A DNA stretch of 64,000 nt from Candidatus Cloacimonadales bacterium (GTDB lineage: Bacteria > Cloacimonadota > Cloacimonadia > Cloacimonadales > JAFGVF01), in NCBI GenBank assembly GCA_963667035.1, contig OY762964.1, positions 1,248,001 through 1,312,000 of the forward strand, written 5' to 3'. The position numbers and the translations under genes are program-made. Numbering within the stretch: the first letter of the stretch is position 1; each line of letters begins with the position of its first letter. Under the pieces are notes generated by a model. The model made no database searches. It was given only the letters and a program-made list of their open reading frames with translations, and was not told the DNA's origin. Positions 37,678-46,281 of the stretch are shown here, piece by piece.

Positions 37678-38127
37678 ATGAAGCAAACTGAAAAAGAGAT
37701 GCAAATTCAAAATAGAATGCAACCGGGGATCATCTCATCTGAGGGCTTTTTAGGTGATGACAGCCGCCATATTCACGATATTATAGCTGATGATGAAAAG
37801 ACTCTTGAGATGCTTGATGTTACACCTGAAGAGATTGCCGATAAGTTGCAGACTTTGACCGATATTGCTTATCAAAGCCCTTATGGTCCAATTGAGTTTG
37901 AGAAATTTACATTAGAGTATCTCTCCTATCGTGGGAAAGTTATCTGTCCTTTTGTTGATCCGGGTGTATATGTTAAGGCTGTCATCAAGCTTATCGATAA
38001 AGATAAATTGATAGAGTTCAGTTGGACTCCCCTACACATTCATATGATAAGAGAACATCACTTCTTCGAGGGTAAGGGTTCCAAGTTCAGACTTGAGCCT
38101 GAGCTTCTAGTAAAGTGTTTATTCTAA
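37678..38127 (+). CDS. Hypothetical protein, last gene of the Nqr/Rnf-like operon
   Basis: SD GAGG, starts 11 nt after the previous stop, terminator follows; GFLGDD, CPF and HIHMIREHHFFEG motifs. Confidence 0.75.
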   Translation: MKQTEKEMQIQNRMQPGIISSEGFLGDDSRHIHDIIADDEKTLEMLDVTPEEIADKLQTLTDIAYQSPYGPIEFEKFTLEYLSYRGKVICPFVDPGVYVKAVIKLIDKDKLIEFSWTPLHIHMIREHHFFEGKGSKFRLEPELLVKCLF

Positions 38128-38151
38128 GATAGAGATGTTTGTTAAATTGTA

Positions 38152-38180
38152 AGGGCACGTTTATCGTGCCCTATTGTTTT
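38152..38180 (+). terminator. Intrinsic terminator
   Basis: AGGGCACG-TTTAT-CGTGCCCT followed by ATTGTTTT. Confidence 0.7.
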
Positions 38181-38287
38181 ATGACAATCTTTCCAGCTTA
38201 TCCCTTAACAAACTCTTTAGTTGACGCAAATGGGTTTCATTGTGATAAGGTTCTAATTAGATTTAAAACTAAGATTTTGAGGTTGAT

Positions 38288-39262
38288 ATGCGTAATATAT
38301 TGATTATTCTTACCGGTGGAACTATAGGAATGCGTAACGTAGAGAACTCAGGAGTTGTTCCAACTCATGAGCTTGAAGAATTCTTGCATTCATTTCCCCA
38401 ACTAGCAGAAGTTGCTAAAGTTGACGTATACGATTGGATAGATATTCCCAGTCCATGGATGACACCGGAAAAGATGTTTGAACTTGCTAAGTTAGTTGAG
38501 ATAAAATCTGCAGATTACGATGGAATCGTAATTACGCATGGAACAGACACCTTGGAAGAAACCGCATATCTACTTGACCTAGTTGTTACCTCCTCAAAAC
38601 CAATTGTGTTTACTGCAGCAATGCGAAACTTCAATGATTTAGGACTGGACGGACCGAGAAACATCATTGGCGCTGTTAGGGTTGCAAGTACTTATGCAGC
38701 TGCGGACAAGGGTGTGCTTGTTGTTATGAATGATGAAATCCATGCGGCCAGAGAAGTTATTAAGTCGGATACAAGTAAAGTAAATACCTTTATTTCACCT
38801 GGTTATGGGAAACTTGGCATGGTAGATCCTGATAAAATCATATTTGAAAGGTCACTGTCTACAAATGAAAGCTTTTGGACAGACAGCGTTGACACTAATG
38901 TTGATTTGATTAAACTTGCTGCAGGAATGGATGGAAGATTCTTGAAAGCTTCCATTGAAAACAAAGCCAAAGCAGTAGTTATTGAAGCTTTCGGAAGAGG
39001 TAATGTTCCGAAAGAGTTAGTACCGGATATACAAAGGGTTCTAGATGCAGGTATACTTGTTGTCATAGTCTCCAGAGCCGTGACCGGACGCGTTATGTCT
39101 GAGTATGGTTATGAAGGCGGAGGAGCAAAACTAGTAGAGATGGGATGCCTTATGGGTGGAGACTTGAAGGGTCATAAAGCTAGAATAAAACTAATGGTAC
39201 TTTTTGGTAAATACAAGGATTCTGAACTTGTAAGAAAATTCTTTAAAAATAGCGAAAGTTAA
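38288..39262 (+). CDS. L-asparaginase (cytoplasmic)
   Basis: TGGTIG and THGTDTLEETA motifs; no signal peptide. Confidence 0.92.
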   Translation: MRNILIILTGGTIGMRNVENSGVVPTHELEEFLHSFPQLAEVAKVDVYDWIDIPSPWMTPEKMFELAKLVEIKSADYDGIVITHGTDTLEETAYLLDLVVTSSKPIVFTAAMRNFNDLGLDGPRNIIGAVRVASTYAAADKGVLVVMNDEIHAAREVIKSDTSKVNTFISPGYGKLGMVDPDKIIFERSLSTNESFWTDSVDTNVDLIKLAAGMDGRFLKASIENKAKAVVIEAFGRGNVPKELVPDIQRVLDAGILVVIVSRAVTGRVMSEYGYEGGGAKLVEMGCLMGGDLKGHKARIKLMVLFGKYKDSELVRKFFKNSES

Positions 39263-39285
39263 TCCTACTTTTTGATAGATTTATT

Positions 39286-39314
39286 AAGGTATGGAGCATA
39301 GCCCATACCTTTTT
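39286..39314 (+). terminator. Intrinsic terminator after asparaginase
   Basis: AAGGTATGG..CCATACCTT followed by a T-tract. Confidence 0.75.
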
Positions 39315-39445
39315 ATATAAATTTTATATAACTAATATTCATTAATGATATATGCATACCAGCCTTTGTTTCTATGCATCTAATCTGATTTATCAAAACC
39401 ATTATAGAAACACTATTTAAACAATTCATGAATAATTACTATTTA

Positions 39446-39461
39446 TGGAACACTTTATGCT
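39446..39461 (+). promoter_or_regulatory. Putative sigma54 (-24/-12) promoter
   Basis: TGGAACACTTTATGCT with GG at 39447-8 and GC at 39459-60. Confidence 0.55.
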
Positions 39462-39471
39462 TATTAAATTT

Positions 39472-39538
39472 GTATCCATCCAATGACGTATAAAAAGAAA
39501 GGCCTCATGCATCCAGGTGTGGGGCTTTTTCTTTTTCT
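39472..39538 (+). ncRNA. Candidate small RNA (~65 nt)
   Basis: Lies between a sigma54-like promoter and a terminator hairpin (AGAAAGGCCTCATGC..GTGTGGGGCTTTTTCTTTTT); no ORF. Confidence 0.4.
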
Positions 39539-39630
39539 CACGTTTTCTTATATTTTTCATTGCTCTATCATAATAAGAATTCAAGTACCATCTTTATCTT
39601 GTCACATCCTCATCAGTCTCCTATTCCCCA

Positions 39631-39685
39631 TAACGAGAATCTAACGGGAAGTTAACGAGGAACCCTCAAGAGACTCATGGGAATT
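39631..39685. repeat. 11-bp-period degenerate array (core TAACGRG)
   Basis: TAACGAG, TAACGGG, TAACGAG at 39631, 39642, 39653. Confidence 0.65.
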
Positions 39686-39708
39686 ATGATAGGGAAATGA
39701 AATACAAA

Positions 39709-39729
39709 AGGCACTCATTACGAGTGCCT
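39709..39729. repeat. Target-site duplication of IS copy 2 (21 bp, second copy at 41393-41413); this is the kbl terminator hairpin
   Basis: AGGCACTCATTACGAGTGCCT lies on both sides of the IS. Confidence 0.93.
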
Positions 39730-41392
39730 CAGATTGTTGACAAAAACATTCTAATTTACATGGATATATTGTTGAAAGTCATTTTTCTTCATTTTAACTG
39801 AGTCCAAACCTAAACATGCGAGATTTAGCTCTATTTTCGTGTAAATTGGAGTTGAAAATCATGTAATTGATGATAAATTTTGCTATTAATTTCCCTAATT
39901 TACCTTTGAAAAGGTATTTTACGAGTTTCTTGATATTTTGCACGATAGCTGTTAGATAAGCTTGTTCTCGAACTCGCTCTATTCCTCGATATTTTGCATA
40001 TCGGTAGCCATGAAGTTGCTTTGCATTGGCAAAGCTTCTCTCAATGGTTTCTTTTCTCCTCTTGTATATCTCTTTCCCACATAATGTTAACCTATTCTTG
40101 TGGATTATCTCTTTGCTCTCTTCCCAGACATGACGAGTGATTACTTTTTGAGAAGACTTACTTTCTGTACATTTACTTAGCATTGGACAATTCTTGCATT
40201 CACTAGGATTCGACTTGTATTCTTTATAGCCATCACGGCTCGTTGTTCTATAATTTAACTCTTTATTACATGGACAAATGTAAACATCCTTCCGGGAATT
40301 ATATGTAAATTTGTTCTTTTTAAATAGACCTTTCTTACCTCCCTGTCTTTTGTAGCCAAGGACTCCCATAATATTCATATCTACCAGTTGCTTACAAATG
40401 TTAATTGTATCATATCCTGAATCAAGCCCTACTGCCTGAACATTAAAACCATAAACCTTTTGTTGGAACTGTAACCTGTCAATATAGCAGGTGCTATCAT
40501 TTACATTGCCGGGAGTAATGTGAACATCGGTTATATAGTTCGTTTTATGGTCGACTGTCCTATGATCTAAGTAGAAGAAGCCTTGAGGCTTTCTATCACG
40601 GGTCATAAAACCACTATCGGGATCTGTTGTGCTAGACTTGATATTTTTTACTTTAGGTGATGCTCCTCCTTTAAGATTGTTATCCTTAGGAGGTAAAGGT
40701 TTCTTACCATGAGCCTTCCGATCTTCATCAACGCTTGTGTTAAGATCTTCCAAGTAACTCTTGGAGGATACCTCAACTTCAATATCCTCGAATTTACCTT
40801 TATTAGCATTTGCCTTTAGATGGGTTGAGTCGCTATAAAGTATCTTCCCATCAACTAATCCATGTTTAATGCCTAACTTCACTATATCTATAAAAATCTC
40901 TTCGAATACGCTGCTATCATTAAATCGCCTTCTACGATTTTGACTGAAGACTGAGTGATGAGGTACTTTATCAGTTAGTCCAAAGCCTAAGAACCAACGA
41001 TAAGCCACATTGACCTCAATCTCTTTGACCAATTGTCTTTCCGAGCGAATACCGAATAGATAGCCAATAAAAAGCATTTTGAAAAGAGTAATAGGATGAA
41101 TTGGAGGACGACCGGTAGTAGAACAATACAAATGCACTGTTCTATCTAAAATGAATGAAAAATCTATTACGCTATCGATTTTCCTTAGTATGTGATCTAC
41201 CGGTACTAAATCATCTATTATTACAAACTCCATTTGGGACTGTGTGTCAGAAACTTTTTTAAGCATAACCACCTCTAATTATGATGGTTTAAGTATAATA
41301 TTTGGAGAAATCTGTCAATGATTGATGTTCTTATTTTAAGCTAAAAAAAGACAAAGCTATGAAATCTTACTCATAGCTTTGTCAACAGTCTG
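39730..41392 (-). mobile_element. IS1182-family insertion sequence, copy 2 (1663 bp)
   Basis: Same terminal IRs and length as copy 1; I spotted only three base differences. Confidence 0.95.
39794..41272 (-). CDS. IS1182-family DDE transposase
   Basis: Identical to the copy 1 protein except for one Ala/Val change (DRTAH vs DRTVH). Confidence 0.92.
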   Translation of the reverse strand: MVMLKKVSDTQSQMEFVIIDDLVPVDHILRKIDSVIDFSFILDRTVHLYCSTTGRPPIHPITLFKMLFIGYLFGIRSERQLVKEIEVNVAYRWFLGFGLTDKVPHHSVFSQNRRRRFNDSSVFEEIFIDIVKLGIKHGLVDGKILYSDSTHLKANANKGKFEDIEVEVSSKSYLEDLNTSVDEDRKAHGKKPLPPKDNNLKGGASPKVKNIKSSTTDPDSGFMTRDRKPQGFFYLDHRTVDHKTNYITDVHITPGNVNDSTCYIDRLQFQQKVYGFNVQAVGLDSGYDTINICKQLVDMNIMGVLGYKRQGGKKGLFKKNKFTYNSRKDVYICPCNKELNYRTTSRDGYKEYKSNPSECKNCPMLSKCTESKSSQKVITRHVWEESKEIIHKNRLTLCGKEIYKRRKETIERSFANAKQLHGYRYAKYRGIERVREQAYLTAIVQNIKKLVKYLFKGKLGKLIAKFIINYMIFNSNLHENRAKSRMFRFGLS

Positions 41393-41437
41393 AGGCACTC
41401 ATTACGAGTGCCTCTGATTATAAATTTGGATGTAGGT

Positions 41438-42625
41438 TTATTCAGCTTCCATCTCTTTTTTTACTTTTGCGAATGCGTCAATACATTTCTGTATATCTTC
41501 TCTTGAATGAGCTGCTGAAATCTGAACACGGATTCTTGCTTTGCCACGTGGGACAACAGGGAAACAGAAACCGATTACATATATGCCTTCTTTAAGAAGA
41601 CGATCGGCAACCTTTATAGCAAGAGGTTCATCATAGAACATCACAGAAACAATCGCTGTGTTACCCGGAACAAGGTCAAAACCTGCTTTGGTCATTTCAG
41701 CACGGAAATAATCAGCACTATCTTTAACTTTGTTTACAAGTTCACTTGATTCTTCAAGCATATCGATAACTTTCATTGTTGCACCAACAATAGCAGGGGC
41801 AAGTGTATTTGAGAAAAGATATGGTCTTGAACGCTGTCTAAGCATTTCAATAATTTCTTTCCTAGCTGCCGTGCAACCACCGTTACCACCGCCCATAGCC
41901 TTGCCAAAAGTAGTTGTAACAATGTCAACTCTATCCATAACACCAAAATGCTCAATAGTACCGCGACCGGTAGCACCAAGATATCCGGTAGCATGAGATT
42001 CATCAACCATAACCAGTGAATCATATTTTTCTGCAAGGTCACAGATTTGATCAAGCTTAGCCATATCTCCATCCATAGAGAAAACACCATCAGTAACAAC
42101 TATACGATATTTTGCATCTTTAGCAGCAATTAGTTGTTGTTCCAGATCTTCCATGTTCGCATGCTTGTAACGGAAGCGTTGAGCTTTACAAAGACGAACA
42201 CCATCAATAATAGAAGCATGGTTAAGTTCATCTGAAATGATAGCACTATCTGCTTCTAGTAGAGGTTCGAAAACACCACCGTTTGCATCGAAGCAAGCTG
42301 CATACAAAATAGCATCTTCTTGACCTAAGAAAGCAGCAACTTTCTTTTCGAGCTCACGATGAATATCTTGAGTACCACAAATAAAACGTACTGAAGAGAG
42401 ACCAAATCCTCTTCTGTCCATCATGTCCTTAGCTGCTTGAATAACCTGAGGATTATTTGCAAGTCCGAGGTAATTGTTGGCACAAAAGTTAAGAACTTTC
42501 TTATCGTTATTAACTTCAATTTCAGCCTGTTGCATGCTTGTAATAATACGTTCTTCTTTGTAAAGCCCCTTATCTTTGAGACCGTCAAGAGTTTCACGTA
42601 AGTCATTTTTCATTTTTCCAAACAT
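41438..42625 (-). CDS. kbl: 2-amino-3-ketobutyrate CoA ligase (glycine C-acetyltransferase)
   Basis: NFCANNYLGL, SVRFICGTQ, RQRSRPYLFSN and ARIRVQISAAH; ATG at 42625 after GGAGG. Confidence 0.93.
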   Translation of the reverse strand: MFGKMKNDLRETLDGLKDKGLYKEERIITSMQQAEIEVNNDKKVLNFCANNYLGLANNPQVIQAAKDMMDRRGFGLSSVRFICGTQDIHRELEKKVAAFLGQEDAILYAACFDANGGVFEPLLEADSAIISDELNHASIIDGVRLCKAQRFRYKHANMEDLEQQLIAAKDAKYRIVVTDGVFSMDGDMAKLDQICDLAEKYDSLVMVDESHATGYLGATGRGTIEHFGVMDRVDIVTTTFGKAMGGGNGGCTAARKEIIEMLRQRSRPYLFSNTLAPAIVGATMKVIDMLEESSELVNKVKDSADYFRAEMTKAGFDLVPGNTAIVSVMFYDEPLAIKVADRLLKEGIYVIGFCFPVVPRGKARIRVQISAAHSREDIQKCIDAFAKVKKEMEAE

Positions 42626-42697
42626 TATAACCTCCAAAGAGTGTTTATTTTATTTCAATCAATTTTACTTTTATTTTTAGTCAAGCAAGAACGGAGA

Positions 42698-43411
42698 TTA
42701 TTCTTGATTAATTATTGACTTCATTTCAGATACTGCTTCTTTTAATCCAGTGAACACAGCTCTTGAAATAATACTGTGCCCAATATTGTATTCTTCAAAC
42801 AAACCCATTTCCAGAAGAGGATAGATATTCTTATAGTTAATACCATGGCCTGCCACGCAACGCATACCACATGATTTAATAGTCTTCGCACCTTTTTTAA
42901 TACGCTGAAGCTCATTCTCTATTTCTCTATCTGTTTTTGCATTCGCATAGGCACCTGTATGAATTTCAATAGCATCAGCCCCGAGTTTGTCGCCCAACTT
43001 AATCATGTTTACATCCGGTTCTATAAAGAGGCTTACTTCTATGCCTGCATCTTTTAAATCTTTAATTACCTTATCTAAACCAGGCTTTTCTAGATTAAGA
43101 CCACCTTCGGTAGTGACCTCTTCCCTCTTTTCAGGAACAAAGGTAACTGTATCCGGTTTTATCTCCTTGGCAATTGCAACCATTTCAACGGTTGAAGCCA
43201 TTTCAAGATTGAGCTTAGTTTGTATCAGTTCTCTTAATAACTTAACATCACGATACTGGATATGTCTCCTATCCTCTCTTAAATGTACAGTAATCTGATC
43301 TGCCCCGGCCTGTTCTGCTATTTGAACAGCAAAAATAGGTTCAGGTTCAATGCCTTTTCGAGCTTGTCTAATTGTAGCAACATGATCAATATTTACACCT
43401 AATGCAATCAT
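42698..43411 (-). CDS. pdxJ: Pyridoxine 5'-phosphate synthase
   Basis: LGVNIDHVATIRQAR, HLREDRRHI, TTEGGL and NIGHSII. Confidence 0.95.
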   Translation of the reverse strand: MIALGVNIDHVATIRQARKGIEPEPIFAVQIAEQAGADQITVHLREDRRHIQYRDVKLLRELIQTKLNLEMASTVEMVAIAKEIKPDTVTFVPEKREEVTTEGGLNLEKPGLDKVIKDLKDAGIEVSLFIEPDVNMIKLGDKLGADAIEIHTGAYANAKTDREIENELQRIKKGAKTIKSCGMRCVAGHGINYKNIYPLLEMGLFEEYNIGHSIISRAVFTGLKEAVSEMKSIINQE

Positions 43412-43674
43412 CTCTAAATCTCCATAGTTGATTTTATATTACATCTCATTCATGATAATCATCTGTCAATATAATTGTTAAATAGTTTGTCCATTGTATT
43501 GTGCAATATAGTAGGTTCATAAGACATGTGAATAGCTTTATCTTTTCATGACATTTTGAGATACAACAGTAACCGTTATCTATCTTGGAATTGGCTATAC
43601 GGTTATTACAAATAGCTTGACTCTATTAATCTTTCCCAAAACTTGATAAAAACTAATATTATCAGGAGAATAGT

Positions 43675-46272
43675 ATGTTGACCAGTAAAGAAATTAGGCA
43701 ACAATTTATAGATTTTTTTGTATCCAAACAACACACATCTGTTGCATCCGATACTGTTATACCTAAAGATGATCCTACCTTACTATTTACTAATGCAGGA
43801 ATGAATCAGTTTAAAAATATATTTCTCGGTGAAATTGAACCCAAAAATTTAAGAGTTGTTGATGTCCAGAAATGTATAAGAGCAGGTGGAAAGCATAATG
43901 ACTTGGATGAAGTTGGTCGTGATGGATATCATCACACATTTTTTGAGATGCTTGGGAACTGGTCTTTTGGTGATTACTATAAAAAAGAAGCAATAACTTG
44001 GGCATGGGAGCTAATAACAGAAGTATGGAAATTACCCAAAGAAAAACTATATGCGACTGTCCATGAAAGTGATAAAGAAGCTTTTGATTTATGGAAAAAC
44101 GAGACTGATATAAATCCAGCTCACATATTTTATGATGGCGATAAGGATAACTTCTGGGAAATGGGAGATACCGGTCCTTGTGGACCTTGTTCTGAGATAC
44201 ATTTTGATAGAGGTATAGACTATTGTGGCGTTGAAGGTAAACATGATTGTCGTGTTAATGGAGATTGTCATAGATTCATCGAACTCTGGAATCTTGTCTT
44301 TATGCAATATTTTAGGAATAAAGATGGTTCTCTGACTCCATTAAAGATGAAGAATGTAGACACAGGTGCCGGACTTGAAAGAATCTGTCAGGTTTTACAA
44401 GATAAGAATAGCAATTATGATACTGATTTGTTTATACCACTTATTAATAAAATAGCAGAATTAACAGGCTCGGATTATGATAGAGAAGATAATGGCGTTC
44501 CACATAGAGTCATAGCTGACCATATAAGAGCATTAAGTTTTTCAATAGCTGATGGAGGAATCCCTTCTAATGAAGGTCGAGGCTATGTAATTCGTAGAAT
44601 TCTAAGAAGAGCTGCTCGTATGGGTAGATTGCTGAATCAAAGTAAGCCATTTCTATATAAACTTGTACCAACAGTTATTGAGATAATGGGACATCATTAT
44701 ACTGAGTTGAAGGAACAACAGAAGTATGTAGAAATGATTATTAAGAGTGAAGAGGAGAGGTTTAACCTGACACTAGATAAAGGTCTTATCAAATTTGATG
44801 AGATGCTTGATAAAACATCCGGTAAAATTCTTTCGGGTGAAGATGCCTTCATGCTTTATGACACTTATGGGTTCCCTTTAGATTTAACCGTTATTATAGC
44901 AGAGGAAAAGGGCTTAACTGTAGATACAAAAGGCTTTGAAGAGTTTATGGAAGAGCAGAAGGAACGAGCTAGGTCAGCATCTTCATTCAAAGTAGAGCTA
45001 GATAATAGAGACTGGAATGTTTTAGCCGATGACGCCCCAACTGAATTCATTGGCTATAACTTATCACAAGCTAAAGCTTCCATAATTAAATACAGAATAG
45101 ATGATGATAATAAAGTAATGTTTGTATTAGACAAGACACCATTCTATGCTGAGTCCGGAGGTCAGATTGCAGACACAGGAAAAGTATTCAATGATAGCTT
45201 CGAAATAGAAGTAAATGAAGTAAGAAAAAGTGGCGATCAATTCATTCATATAGGTAACTTGATATCCGGTTATATCAATAGCAATGTTGTAATAGCTTCA
45301 ATTGATATTGATCGAAGAAAAAGAATTGCTTCAAATCATACTGCAACTCATCTTCTGCATGCAGCTTTGAGAAGAGTTCTAGGAGATCATGTCCAACAAA
45401 AGGGCTCACTTGTTACTGATGAGTATCTTAGATTTGATTTCACACACTTTAAGAATATGGATAATGTTGAAATTAAGAAAGTAGAAGAACTAGTTAGGTC
45501 TGAGATTAAGAAACAATTGATAATAGATACTAAGATTATGTCTCAGGAAGAAGCTAAAGCTGATGGAGCAACAGCATTATTCGGTGAGAAATATGGTGAT
45601 AAAGTAAGAGTTGTTTCATTGAGTACCTTTTCAAAAGAACTCTGCGGAGGTACACATGTAAGCAACAGTGCCGAAATAGGTATGTTCAAAATACTTTCAG
45701 AATCATCAAGTTCTGCCGGTATTCGTAGAATTGAAGCAATTACCCGTGAAGCAGTGTACAAATATTACGAAGAGAAAGAAACAATCTTAGATGAAGTTGC
45801 TTCAATCCTTAAAGCTAAACATGAGAAAGTAGTTGATAAAATATATCATATTATTGAATTAAATAGAGAATTAGAGAACGAACTTAGGACTATAAAAAGT
45901 CAAGCTGCTGGTTCCGAAATTGATGATTTACTTTCATCAGCAGTTATTATAAACGGTATAAAAGTTGCTTCCGGAAGAGTTTCAATTGATGACTCTAATG
46001 AGTTAAGAAATGCCGGAGATGTTCTTAGACAGAAGCTTGGTAGCGGAATCGGAATTCTAATTTCCATAATAAATAGCAAAGTTTCTTTGCTAACCGTAGT
46101 TACAGATGATTTGAAGAAACAATATCCTGCTGGAAAGATAGTAGGTAAATTAGCAGAATATGTTGATGGTAAAGGCGGAGGAAGACCTGATATGGCAATG
46201 GCCGGAGGTAAATCGATAGATAAAATTACTGAAGCCTTAAACAATGTTGAAACAATTATTAAATCTTTTTAG
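43675..46272 (+). CDS. alaS: Alanine--tRNA ligase
   Basis: LLFTNAGMNQFK, HHTFFEMLGNWSFGDY, NHTATHLL, ELCGGTHV and GGGRPDMA. Confidence 0.97.
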   Translation: MLTSKEIRQQFIDFFVSKQHTSVASDTVIPKDDPTLLFTNAGMNQFKNIFLGEIEPKNLRVVDVQKCIRAGGKHNDLDEVGRDGYHHTFFEMLGNWSFGDYYKKEAITWAWELITEVWKLPKEKLYATVHESDKEAFDLWKNETDINPAHIFYDGDKDNFWEMGDTGPCGPCSEIHFDRGIDYCGVEGKHDCRVNGDCHRFIELWNLVFMQYFRNKDGSLTPLKMKNVDTGAGLERICQVLQDKNSNYDTDLFIPLINKIAELTGSDYDREDNGVPHRVIADHIRALSFSIADGGIPSNEGRGYVIRRILRRAARMGRLLNQSKPFLYKLVPTVIEIMGHHYTELKEQQKYVEMIIKSEEERFNLTLDKGLIKFDEMLDKTSGKILSGEDAFMLYDTYGFPLDLTVIIAEEKGLTVDTKGFEEFMEEQKERARSASSFKVELDNRDWNVLADDAPTEFIGYNLSQAKASIIKYRIDDDNKVMFVLDKTPFYAESGGQIADTGKVFNDSFEIEVNEVRKSGDQFIHIGNLISGYINSNVVIASIDIDRRKRIASNHTATHLLHAALRRVLGDHVQQKGSLVTDEYLRFDFTHFKNMDNVEIKKVEELVRSEIKKQLIIDTKIMSQEEAKADGATALFGEKYGDKVRVVSLSTFSKELCGGTHVSNSAEIGMFKILSESSSSAGIRRIEAITREAVYKYYEEKETILDEVASILKAKHEKVVDKIYHIIELNRELENELRTIKSQAAGSEIDDLLSSAVIINGIKVASGRVSIDDSNELRNAGDVLRQKLGSGIGILISIINSKVSLLTVVTDDLKKQYPAGKIVGKLAEYVDGKGGGRPDMAMAGGKSIDKITEALNNVETIIKSF

Positions 46273-46281
46273 GAGGACTCT

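Noticed and set aside
14367..41392. Composite transposon
   Set aside because: Each IS has its own distinct target duplication and the enclosed genes look like core genes
43412..43674. T-box or other leader RNA upstream of alaS
   Set aside because: No T-box consensus; only a weak 9-bp inverted repeat (43568-43607), upstream of the likely promoter
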